From positions 6,696,001 through 6,760,000 of the forward strand of contig NC_043009.1 in assembly GCF_006345805.1 (NCBI RefSeq): a DNA stretch of 64,000 nucleotides, read 5' to 3'. The first letter of the stretch is position 1. Every line of letters starts with the position of its first letter. This document shows, piece after piece, positions 12,201-23,964 of the stretch. The position numbers and the translations under genes are program-made. The notes under the pieces were generated by a model. The model made no database searches. It was not told the DNA's origin and worked only from the letters and a program-made list of their open reading frames with translations. This DNA comes from Octopus sinensis (taxonomy: Eukaryota).

Positions 12201-14408
12201 AAATGAATATATATATATAATATAAAGGAAACCAATGATAACGTCAACCATCGTATTTATTTAACAGAGGAGAGGAAAGAGATTGCATTTACAAATTTAA
12301 TGTTCTGCATCTAAACAGGTTTGTTGACTTCCGTAATTTGTATTTTTACCTTTCTACACGTAATCAACGTAGATTGGCAGTTCGGAAAATGACAGCAATC
12401 AGACTGGTTACCATATTTGAACTAATATTTATAGTGCTATGCTTTTGTATTTAGTTTTTGTTTATTAGTTCGTTTGTCTATTTGTTTGAATTTTTGGTTT
12501 TTCAATTTCCATATTTGTTCTCTTTATCTTTATCCTTCTGTCTCATCGTCTGCCTCTCTGTATTTATCTGTATCTTTACATTTTTTTTCTCTCTTTATTT
12601 CTTAACATCTCTCTCTGTATCTCACAAACTTCGTCTCTGTCTCTCTGCCTCTCTGTCTCTTTCCCTCTATCCCTGTCTTTCTCTGTTTCTCTATCTCTTT
12701 CTCTCTTTATGATTCCGTCTCGTCGTCACTCACTCTATTTATCTGTTTCTTTCTGTCACTTTTATTTCTCACTACTTCTCTCTCTATCTCCCTTTGTCTT
12801 TTCCCTCTCTCCCTGTCTTTCTTTCTTCCGTTCTTTCTCTATGCGTTTGTCTCTCTCCTTATCTTTAACATCATGTCTCATCATCATTCTGTTTCTTTCT
12901 GTTATTTTTCTCTCTATTTCTTTCTTTCTCTCTCTCTTTCCCTCCCTCTCTCTCCTCTCTTTCTTTCCTGCTCTCTCTCTCTCTCTCTCCTTTTCTTCCT
13001 TTCTCTCTTCCTCTATCTCTCTGCCTCACTCTTTCCTTCTTTCTTTTTCCTCGCATCATTATAATTATAGTTTGTGTCTGATGATGTGAATTATCTCATC
13101 AATTAAACAACACAGCTAAAATATATAAACAAAGAATTAGAGAAAAAGAAATAAAAAGAAATAAAAAAGAAATAAATACGACCAAAAAAAAAAAGAAATC
13201 AACATAAACTATATATTAAAAACAAAACAAAACAAAACAATTAACCAAACTACTTTATACGAATATGAAAGGAAATTCACAAATGTTCACAATAAATTTA
13301 GCATATCCGGATGTAGTCAGTGACTTCATTATTTTAATCTGTGATTTTAATTACATTAATCAGTCATGCAAAATAGTATTATTGCACACAAAATTTTGCC
13401 ATTTGTTCTACATTGACTTGACTATTCCTGTAGATTTTATTCCGGTTTCTGTTGCTCTCTTCAGTTGTTCTGTCTCCTATTACTGCTCCGTATCTAAAAC
13501 ATATATTTTGTTTTTGCTGTTTGAAGCTGCTGCCACTACCGCTACCGCCGCCGCTGCTATTTTCGTTGCCGTCGCTTTTATTGTTGTTGCTTCTGCTACT
13601 ACTACTACTGCTACTGTTGTTGTTATTGTTGTTGCTGTTGCTAATGTTGATGATTGCTGGTTCTTTCTAACATCAACACAAACAACTGCACTATTATGTA
13701 TATTTTTAATTGTTAATTTGCCATAGAAATGCGTTGCCCTTTCATGAGTAGTTGGAACTGAATATTCCGAAAGGTTATACGCGGAAAATGTAATTAAATG
13801 ATAAATACAACTATATGAGGTAAATAAGTCCAATATGAATCCTTGGTGATTAGTAGAACGGGAATGCAAATTAAGAAAGTCTTGGAATGCTATGTGGTCA
13901 CGATTCTAGAACCGTTTGGCTCGATCTAAAAGGCATTACACTTGGGCGATTCACTGCCTACATAGTTTGACTTCAAATTCACTCGCGTACTCATGCTCAC
14001 CTCTAGAAGAAAAATGTGCTACAGGAATAGATATACGGAGAGAAAGAGAGAGAGAGAGAGAGAGAGACATAGACAGACAGACAGACAGACAGACGGACAG
14101 ACAGATCTTTTATAGTTTCTTTGTTCAGTCATTAGACTGCGACCATTCTGAATGTACAGTCTTCAATGGCTTAGTCAAAATAAATCGACCCTAGTACATT
14201 TTAAGCCTACCAATTATACTATCGGCTACTAATTTGCCGAACCGCTAAGTAGCAAAAACGTAAACAAATCAAAACCAGTTGTCAAATGGTGGTGGATGAC
14301 AAACACAAACTCAAAGATACACTAACATAGATATAAACATATATATGCACATGCATGCATGAAGACATACACATGGAGTTAAACGCAGGTGTTATTCAAC
14401 TCTTTATA

Positions 14409-14497
14409 CTTCCGACATATGTTTCGAAGAAAACATTGATATTATTCCGGAGGGAATAATATGATGTAAAACAATGCAATCATCTCGTCAGGGGAAA
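14409..14497 (-). ncRNA. Type I hammerhead ribozyme motif with intact core and extended stem II
   Basis: Minus strand: uuccc-CUGACGA-gauga..cauug..auauuauucc(cucc)ggaauaauau..caaug..ucuuc-GAAA-C(AUAU)GU-C-ggaag. Tail is homologous to the arms of the 21688-22102 palindrome. Confidence 0.8.
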
Positions 14498-14951
14498 AAA
14501 GGGAAACAAAACACATTAATAAACCAATTTAACTGAATGTGATTACTGCGTATATGATGAAGAGGAACGCTGGCAAGTTATTTTTTTTTAAAACCGTTAC
14601 TAGTTTTAACGTCAGAGGCGATTAATAGAAAGACGAAGAGAAAGAAAGAAATTAACAGAAAATTAAGATTGGAGAAGTATAGTGCGATGGATGAATGGGA
14701 ATGAAGCATAAAAGAGTGAAAATAGATATATGTGGTGGAAATGAATGTAAGAAGAGAGTTAAAGGTCAAATTTTATAAATTGGTTGAAATTAATTATAGG
14801 AACTAAAGGTATGTTTTTGCCAATGTTTGCAACGATATATATATATGTATGTATGTATGTATGTATATATATATATATATATATGTGTGTACGTTTGTAA
14901 GTATGTATGTATGAATATATATATGTATATATATGAATATATGTAGGTATG

Positions 14952-14997
<46 letters not shown>

Positions 14998-16077
14998 GTG
15001 TCTGTGTGTCTGTGTGTGTATAGGGTACTTTCAATTTCCTTCCACTGGGGTGTTATAGCAGACGACATTTGCCCAAGGTGCCACGCTTGGGGATTGAAAC
15101 CAGAACCATGCTTCTTACCAGACATTACGCCTGCACCTCGCCAATTTTTCAACTTTTGTTTTTTTCCCCCGTATTCTTCCCTCCAATTAATTATATCTTA
15201 CTTTTAATTGATTTCTTAAATTTTTGTAGCATTTTTGTTTTGTTTTGTTATTTACTTAGCTTTTTCCACAACACTCTCTGTTTCACTCTCTACGTCTCAT
15301 TCTATGTTTCTCTCTTACCGATGAAAGGCTAGACTCCCATAACATAAAACGATCCATTTTAAACTCTCAAGCTTTTAACTAAACATTTACCATGTTTTGT
15401 TCTTTCTCTCTTGCTATTCCACTTTGGTTTTTAGCATAACATTATGCGTGTGTAGAGGTTGTGTATGCGCGTGTGCATATACGTCTGTTTGTGTGTGTTT
15501 TTCCCCCATTCAGATTTATGAGATAGCGCTTCTGTTGTTTTTATTGTTGTATTTGTCATTAAAATTGAGCTTCAAAAATATTTGAATTCTTACAAAGACA
15601 CACTTGTAGTTTCCTGTTATAGAATTCACTAATGCACTGATCACTATCTAACTCTCTCCAAATTACACTGATCAATTAAAAGTTCTCGATGGTCGTGTAA
15701 ATTTCCTTTGTCAGGAAAAATAGACAGTTGCAATTAGGAAACATTAGACACGTTGGACATTTTCTTTAAGTTCGGTCGTAATCTTTCTGGTTTGAAAGAA
15801 TTGCAATATCTCTTTCTTGTTTACGCCAATAAAAATTCGGTAAAATATGAGATATATTTGTTACGATTTCCCCCCAGGTTCGAACTTATCAGGCTGACCG
15901 ATAAAGCTTTGAATATCCAGCCTCAAGTATCCAACATTTTTTTTTATTGCAAGAGTACAATATCTGTGTCTTCAATTTTCAGACTATATAGTGGAGTTTG
16001 AGCAGCGCTGGATCAATCATTAAGCCAAATAAGCACGTGTTTACAGCATCAAGAGAAAAGGAGGTGGGGCACAGAAA

Positions 16078-16372
16078 TATTTATTTCTTTAATGCCCACA
16101 GGGGGCTAAACACAGAAGAGAAAAAAAGGACAGTCAAAGAGATCAAGTAGATTACGTCGACCCCAGTGCGTAACTGGTACTTAATTTATCATCTCCGAAA
16201 GAATAAAAGCAAAGTTAACCTCGGTGGAATTTGAACTCAGAACGTAGCGGCAGACGAAATACTATTCCTTTACTACCCACAAGGGGCTAAACACAGAGAG
16301 GACAAACAAGGACAGGCAAAAGGATTAAGTCGATTATATCGACCCCAGTGCGTAACTGGTACTTATTTCCTT
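16078..16372 (-). mobile_element. SINE family M, two tandem body units, headless
   Basis: Two consecutive copies of cccacaggggctaaacacag...gtcgaccccagtgcgtaactggtac. Confidence 0.8.
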
Positions 16373-16384
16373 TAATCGTCATTC

Positions 16385-17975
16385 ACTTTTAACCGCCTCT
16401 GATGTGATGATATACAAAAGCATTTGCATGTTTCCAGTAATCCCTTGTATCAGTACAAATCCGTTTTATCCTCAAAAATTGGGATTTCGGATTTGACCGA
16501 ATAAGATGATGTGATGATCGGAACAGCGGGGGAGAAGAATGTGGGATGACATGGGCTTGCAAAATAACTCTGTCACTATTCTGCCCCCAGAAAACTTGAC
16601 TTTTGTGTCCAAAAATTCAACGCTAGTTTTTGAAAAAACTAGACGAAAATTTTATGTTGGACTTTAAGTCATAGTTTCTGGCATAACAGTCACGGAAATG
16701 CAAGAAGTCCATTAAACTATGATGTGATCCTTCCCAGACAAAAAAAAAACGTCGTCAGTGAACCGTAACCAGAGAATTGGTTCATGACCATAAAGGGATT
16801 TGAATGTCTTCAGTAACTTTGTTTTGAATTTCGTCATGAAGACATTAGCGAAATTAACTGCCATGGCGCAACCCTTCGTCTGGTGGTAAAATCTTCGTCT
16901 AAACTTCATTGTATTACTTTCTAACACAAACCTCAATAATCTACAGAGAAAATTTGATGGAATACTTTTGTTTGACCGCTTTTCGAAGGCATCCATGAAT
17001 GCTTCTACCCTTTCATTGTCGTCAATATTTAGGATATAAGGAAGAAACTTCCATGGTTACCAAAAAACAGTTCTCGATACGGCTTCGGTGCTTAAAAAAG
17101 TTGTTGATTTTAGATACAAAATCAAAGGTATCCCGTGTATGGGAACTTGATCATTTTGAAACGGGGGTATAGAAAGCCATAAAATACAGGTGTTCTTTCT
17201 GACCATAAAATCTTAGATTCAGCCTTATTAACGAAATTGTTTTCCTCCATTTCCAGAATTATTATGTCAAGTTCCTCTCTCTAATTGGGGTGTAGATCGA
17301 CAGGTAATTCTTCATATGACGTTTTGTCATTTAGAACTTCTTCACAAGCCGATATATACACACTTTTGTCCATAATTATGATAGCGCCTCCCTTATCCGC
17401 CACCTTAATGACAATATGCGGGCATTAAAGAAAGCCTTAAAAGAAGTGGAAAGAAGTCCTGGAATAACCTCACAAATTCCCAACGATACGCACTCCGGGC
17501 TCTAACTAATAACGATTCTACTTTACGTTTAAATAACGTTCATACTTTACGTTTCAATTTCTATAATTTTGAATTTTTATCACTTCTTATTTTGAACTTG
17601 ACAAAGACAGACGTACTGTTGAAATAAAGTAAGGGGTTAAAAAATTTCATAGTATTAGCGTAAGCGTGCCTGTTCATACCTACACGTGCGTGCGCCTAAA
17701 AGTATACATTCATCGACCCTCACTTAAAAATGTACACATCCCCACTCTCGCACGAATACTATGAACTTTTTTTACCCTCTTACTTAGCGGTCATTCGAAT
17801 AGCTCTTTTGTCTTAATAACGGTCAATCGCACAGTAATTTCCCTTTAAATAACGGGCATATTTCATAGCAATTTTTTCCGATGGGCGGATAACTGAAGAG
17901 ATGGCGACGTGGATTTCTACCTCGGCATCCCAAACTCGGAGTTTTATCTTGGCTACCGAATAATTGTCACATATT
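16385..17975 (-). pseudogene. Penelope-like element: decayed reverse transcriptase with an inverted hammerhead-bearing pLTR remnant at its 5' end
   Basis: Minus-strand motifs in order: IVIKVADKGGAIIIMDK, RTPVFYG, SHTRDTFDFVSKIN, VSSLYPNI, GCAM..ANVFM, WLRFTDDVFF, VEFLDTKV, TELFCKP, SQFLRIKRICTD. Frameshifted; no endonuclease domain seen. Confidence 0.9.
17888..17948 (+). ncRNA. Decayed type I hammerhead, antisense to the PLE ORF
   Basis: Stem I gataa/ttatc; CUGAAGA (17893-17899); stem II gatg/catc with inner cga/tcg and gtgg/ctac; GAAA mutated to (C)CAAA; stem III ACUC-G-GAGU. Confidence 0.65.
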
Positions 17976-18022
17976 ACACACACACACACACATACACACA
18001 CACACATATATATATATATATA

Positions 18023-18423
18023 TGAAAAAACAAGTCAAAAATAGAAAATGCTAAGATAATTTTATAGTGAATCTTTCAGTACCGGTTTCGGTCATTTTGA
18101 GACCTTTTCAACTGTAACGATTAAATAATTAAATTTAGAAAAATTAGAAGAAAAGTTTTTTTAAAGGAATATTTCTTTAGTAGTGTTCAGATATGAGTGG
18201 CATTCTGCCTTTCTCTGACTCCCTTGTCAGAGAAAGGCAGAATGCCACTCATATCTGAACACTACTAAAGAAATATTCCTTTAAAAAAACTTTTCTTCTA
18301 ATTTTTCTAAATTTAATTATTTAATCGTTACAGTTGAAAAGGTCTCAAAATGACCGAAACCGGTACTGAAAGATTCACTATAAAATTATCTTAGCATTTT
18401 CTATTTTTGACTTGTTTTTTTCA
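18023..18423. mobile_element. Palindrome A: ~197-bp inverted arms, 6-nt loop, inserted in (TA)n, one hammerhead per arm
   Basis: Arms 18023-18219 and 18226-18423 are reverse complements apart from one homopolymer indel; loop tccctt; TA dinucleotides on both flanks. Confidence 0.92.
18323..18375 (+). ncRNA. Minimal type I hammerhead, U3-A8 variant (right arm of palindrome A)
   Basis: cag-UUGAAAA-ggtc(tcaaaat)gacc-GAAA-CCGGU-A-ctg; stem I extends via aatc.tt/aa.gatt; cut predicted after 18365. Mirror copy on the minus strand at ~18070-18122. Confidence 0.7.
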
Positions 18424-18456
18424 TATATATCAACTCGTGTGTTCCTTTCCACCCTT

Positions 18457-18505
<49 letters not shown>

Positions 18506-18510
<5 letters not shown>

Positions 18511-18775
18511 AGAGGGAGAGAGAGAGAGAGAGTGAGTGAGAGACAGACAGACAGACTGACAGAGAAGAGAGGGAGAATTTAAAGTTAAACTGGAGGATTA
18601 CTCAACATCATATTGTTGAATATATATTTACAAATTTTCGTAATGTATGTTTTGGCTGAGATTTGAAATTTTTTCTTGGCGGCTGTCATATATTTAGATT
18701 AATATTCATAGGTATTGGAGCAGGCTGAAACTTCGAAATCACTGCCAACCATTTCCTCATGAGAAAAATTACACA

Positions 18776-18820
<45 letters not shown>

Positions 18821-19657
18821 ACACTCATACATACAAAGCACACATATACATAAACAAAAAAATGAATAACTAAGAGCGAAGCAATGAGGTTAGTCGAAAA
18901 GAAATAGAGGTTAAATGATTTGTGTTATCATATTCAATCCGTTTCTATGACAGATGGCTCCGATTCCAAATTCATTTCATATCTCACAGTAACAAACAAT
19001 ACGAATACAACTAAAAGAAATACATTATATTTTTATATTTTGGTTTTGTCTTGCTTTTAATATACTTGGTGCTCTATCATTATAAAATCCAATTTTTTTT
19101 AATTATAGAAAAAAAAATTATAAAAAATTACAATCGTGACGCAATTTATATTGAAATGCTTATTGAATAAAATACGAGCTCTACCCAATACAAATCTATT
19201 ATTATTAAAATGCGAATCATCATAAAAGAACGAAAGGTTGATTAAACAAACTAAGCATGTATTATTAGTGGTTTTCCTTCATGCAATCACCCCTGTTTCT
19301 CCTTTCCTTGCTGTTGAAGACGAGCATGTTTTTTTTTTCCGTTTTCCTTTTCAGGAGTAGAGGTAATTAATTTCAATGATAAGTAAAATATGGAGATTAA
19401 AATATAGTAAAAAAAAAACTATACAGATATGGTCTATTTTGTGCATGTAAGGATTGCTTTCCATATATCAAGGTTGTTCTATATTGACACATCTCCACTA
19501 AAAGTGGGTGGACAATTCATGTGTGTATATGTGTGTGGGGGTTTGTGAATGTGACACATACAGACATATGTATACATATATATTGTATACATATATATAT
19601 GTATACATACACACATGTATACATATATATATATAAATGTATATGTATGTATATATG

Positions 19658-19691
<34 letters not shown>

Positions 19692-19966
19692 ATATATAAA
19701 GAGAGGGAGAGAGAGAGAGAGAGTGAGTGAGAGACAGACAGACAGACTGACAGAGAAGAGAGGGAGAATTTAAAGTTAAACTGGAGGATTACTCAACATC
19801 ATATTGTTGAATATATATTTACAAATTTTCGTAATGTATGTTTTGGCTGAGATTTGAAATTTTTTCTTGGCGGCTGTCATATATTTAGATTAATATTCAT
19901 AGGTATTGGAGCAGGCTGAAACTTCGAAATCACTGCCAACCATTTCCTCATGAGAAAAATTACACA

Positions 19967-20009
<43 letters not shown>

Positions 20010-20858
20010 ACACTCATACATACAAAGCACACATATACATAAACAAAAAAATGAATAACTAAGAGCGAAGCAATGAGGTTAGTCGAAAAGAAATAGAGGT
20101 TAAATGATTTGTGTTATCATATTCAATCCGTTTCTATGACAGATGGCTCCGATTCCAAATTCATTTCATATCTCACAGTAACAAACAATACGAATACAAC
20201 TAAAAAAAATACATTATATTTTTATATTTTGGTTTTGTCTTGCTTTTAATATACTTGGTGCTCTATCATTATAAAATCCAATTTTTTTTAATTATAGAAA
20301 AAAAAATTATAAAAAATTACAATCGTGACGCAATTTATATTGAAATGCTTATTGAATAAAATACGAGCTCTACCCAATACAAATCTATTATTATTAAAAT
20401 GCGAATCATCATAAAAGAACGAAAGGTTGATTAAACAAACTAAGCATGTATTATTAGTGGTTTTCCTTCATGCAATCACCCCTGTTTCTCCTTTCCTTGC
20501 TGTTGAAGACGAGCATGTTTTTTTTTTCCGTTTTCCTTTTCAGGAGTAGAGGTAATTAATTTCAATGATAAGTAAAATATGGAGATTAAAATATAGTAAA
20601 AAAAAAACTATACAGATATGGTCTATTTTGTGCATGTAAGGATTGCTTTCCATATATCAAGGTTGTTCTATATTGACACATCTCCACTAAAAGTGGGTGG
20701 ACAATTCATGTGTGTATATGTGTGTGGGGGTTTGTGAATGTGACACATACAGACACACATGCACACACACACATATGTATACATATATATTGTATACATA
20801 TATATATGTATACATACACACATGTATACATATATATATATAAATGTATATGTATGTA

Positions 20859-20910
<52 letters not shown>
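18506..20910. repeat. Near-identical direct tandem duplication, period ~1191 bp, bounded by (TA)n
   Basis: taaagagagggag... starts at 18506 and 19697; the units match apart from one substitution (taaaagaaat vs taaaaaaaat) and microsatellite length changes. Confidence 0.93.
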
Positions 20911-20913
<3 letters not shown>

Positions 20914-21064
20914 GAAAGTCCGACGAACATCTAATTAAATGGTATGTAAGCATATAACAATTTTTTTCCCTTTTGTTATAATTTATAAATACTAATCTTA
21001 CTATCTTTGTTATGAATATCTTTTGATACATATATATAAGAATGCGTCTGTTTATATATATATA

Positions 21065-21374
21065 TCACCGTTATCACCGTGACCGACCAGGCTATCAGAT
21101 GTTGATACACATCGCTGGTCACAATGCGATTCGCATTGTTTTAGCCTTCAAATGACGCCACCCCGTTGGCTAAGCGATCAGGCGAACAGAAGAAAGAGTG
21201 AGAGAAAGTTGCGGCGAAAGAGTACAGCAGGGTTCACCACCACCCCTTGCCGGAGCCTCGTGGAGCATTAGGTGTTTTCGCTCAATAAACACTCACAACG
21301 CCCTGTCTGGGCATCGAAACCGCGATCCTACGACCGCGAATCCGCTGCCCTAACCACTGGGCCATTGCGCCTCC
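21065..21374 (-). mobile_element. tRNA-derived SINE, family R (GGAGGCGCAATGGCCCAGTGG head)
   Basis: Reverse complement of the head shared with 31500, 40861, 45581 and 58807. Confidence 0.85.
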
Positions 21375-21687
21375 ACACACACACACACACACATACACAC
21401 GCACACAGACACACACACACACACATAAATATATATATACTACGAGCTTCCAAACAGTTTCCGCCTAGCAAATTCTCTGAGAAGGCGTTGCTCGACCACG
21501 GACCGTTGTAATATAAAAAAAGAAAAATCTCCTGCAAGATACCACCCCGTGTGACTGAACCAAGAAACTCGCGATTGCAAATCAAGTTTCTTAACCACAC
21601 AGCCGTTCCTGCACCTTTACTATCTAGAACCCAATTTCATTTTCGTAAACTTCTAGTTTACCTACAAATAAACATATATATATATAT

Positions 21688-22102
21688 ATGAATAAAAAAA
21701 TGGAGTTAACGCAGGTGTAATCAAATATTTTTACTTTCTACACATGTTTTGAAAATTCCACTGATACTATTCAAAAGAATAAATGGTATAACCAATGCAA
21801 TCTTCTCCTCAGGAAACTGAAAAAAACGAAACTCATCAATAAGACATTTTAGCAAAAAATGATGGATTTGTATAGCGATAGACAGAACAATATTAATAGC
21901 GTACTGTCTATCGCTATACAAATCCATCGTTTTTTGCTAAAATGTCTTATTGACTAGTTTCGTTTTTTTTCACTTTCCTGAGGAGAAGATTGCATTGTTT
22001 ATACCATTTATTCTTTTGAATAGCATCAGTGGAATTTTCGAAACATGTGTAGAAAGTAAAAATATTTGATTACACCAGCGTTAACTCCATTTTTTTATTC
22101 AT
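21688..22102. mobile_element. Palindrome B: ~198-bp inverted arms (~95% identical), ~18-nt spacer, TA-flanked, one hammerhead per arm
   Basis: Arms 21688-21885 and 21904-22102; about 8 substitutions and 1 indel counted by eye. Confidence 0.92.
21972..22057 (+). ncRNA. Type I hammerhead with intact core (right arm of palindrome B)
   Basis: actttc-CUGAGGA-gaaga..cattg..tattc(tttt)gaata..cagtg..ttttc-GAAA-C(AUGU)GU-A-gaaagt; cut after 22051. The left-arm copy (21733-21818, minus) has G12>A. Confidence 0.82.
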
Positions 22103-22244
22103 ATTATTCAAAATATTCAACGTAAACACGAAGTTTCTACCTTTATAAACAAGGAGTTACAACACCTTTACTTGTGAGATTTTGCTGCACTGGTAACTAT
22201 TTATTTATTTTCCGTGTTAATTGTTAACAAGGTAAAATACACTC

Positions 22245-22249
<5 letters not shown>

Positions 22250-22337
<88 letters not shown>

Positions 22338-22415
22338 AATATATATATACATATATATATATACATATATATACATATATATATATACATATATATACAT
22401 ATATATATATATATA
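22250..22415. repeat. Long (TA)n microsatellite
   Basis: Directly visible. Confidence 0.97.
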
Positions 22416-23193
22416 TGAAAATTATTTTACTTTCATGATGCATTACATCTTCTTGAGAATGCCATAATACAGAATTGCATTGTTGAATAACTGCAGCTTT
22501 GTCAGGTTAAAGTGACATTTTACCGTTAACTCTAAATGTAAACTCTTCACAAGGAATTATGTCAAGTTCCTATTAATATTTCAGTTGTTGTTAGCATTGA
22601 CGTGGTTAAGTTACCAAAACATTGGAAAACCTAACTAAATCCTTTAAAGTAATAGATTTGTCTTTCAGGTTCTTTCTTTCTACCCTGCCTTCATGTGGTA
22701 TCGATAGAACATTTACGTGTCAGACACTAACGTACCGTGTGCATCTCTCTCTCTCTCTCTCTCTATCTATCTCTATCTCTCTCTTTCTCTTTCTCTCTCT
22801 CTATCTCTCTCTCTCTCTCTCTGTATATATATATAATAAAACTTAGAAAGGTTTTGGCAGTGTTGGCCCGACCATGTCTAACTTAATACATATGTATGTA
22901 TATAATATATATATATATATATTATATATATATATATATATATGAATATATAATATAGATTCATCTCTCTGTTTCAATTCTACCTCTATTTTTCTTAGAA
23001 ATATGTGGCATTGAGTTACAGCAAAATATCATTATCGAAGGAGAGCTCTTAGGAACTTTACAATTACATTACCCGCGGTGTTTCTTCCGGGTCTTCACGT
23101 TCTGAGTTCAAATTTCAACGATGTCCCTCAGTATCTGAGAAAATAAATACCAGTTGTGCACTGGAGTCGATGTAATGGAATGCTACATTGAAC

Positions 23194-23605
23194 GCGGTGA
23201 GCTGGTAGAAGCGTTAGCATGCCGGGCAAAATTCTTAAGGGTATTTCGTCTGCCGCTACGTTCTGAGTTCAAACCCGCCGCGGTTGACTTTGCCTTTAAT
23301 CCATTCGGGGTCGATAAATTAAGTACTAGTTACACACCGGGGTCGATATAATCGACTTAATCCGTTTGTTTGTCCTTGTTTGTCTTCTCTGTGTTTAACC
23401 CCTTGTGGGTAGTGAAGAAATAGGTATTCCGTCTGCCGTTATGTTGTCAGGTCAAATTCCGCCGCGGTCGACTTTGCCTTTCATCCCTTCGGGGTCGATA
23501 AATTAAGTACTAGTTACGCACTGGAGTTGATGTAATCGACTTGATCACTGTGTGTGTCCTTGTTTGTCCCCTCTACGTTTAGTCCCTTGTGGGCAATACA
23601 GAAAT
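23194..23605 (+). mobile_element. SINE family M, head plus two tandem body units
   Basis: Head gcggtgagctggtagaagcgttagc, then the body repeated after ...aaataggtatt. Confidence 0.85.
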
Positions 23606-23880
23606 ATGAATGCTACAGTCCACCCACCCCCCACACACCAACTTTCTGATCTTGTGTAAAAAAAAAACTGGAAGCTACTACTGATATTATTATGATTCGA
23701 CGACGAACTGGCAGAATCGTTAGAACGCCAGGAAAAATGCTTACCGGTATTTTAACCGTCTCCACTTTCTGAGTTCAAATTCCGCCGAGGTCGATTTTGC
23801 CTTTTACTAAGTACCAGTTGTGTACTACGGTCAATGTAATCTCCTTTCCCCAAATTTCAGGCCTTGTGCCTATAGTAGAA

Positions 23881-23902
23881 ATTATTATTATTATTATTAT
23901 TA

Positions 23903-23964
<62 letters not shown>

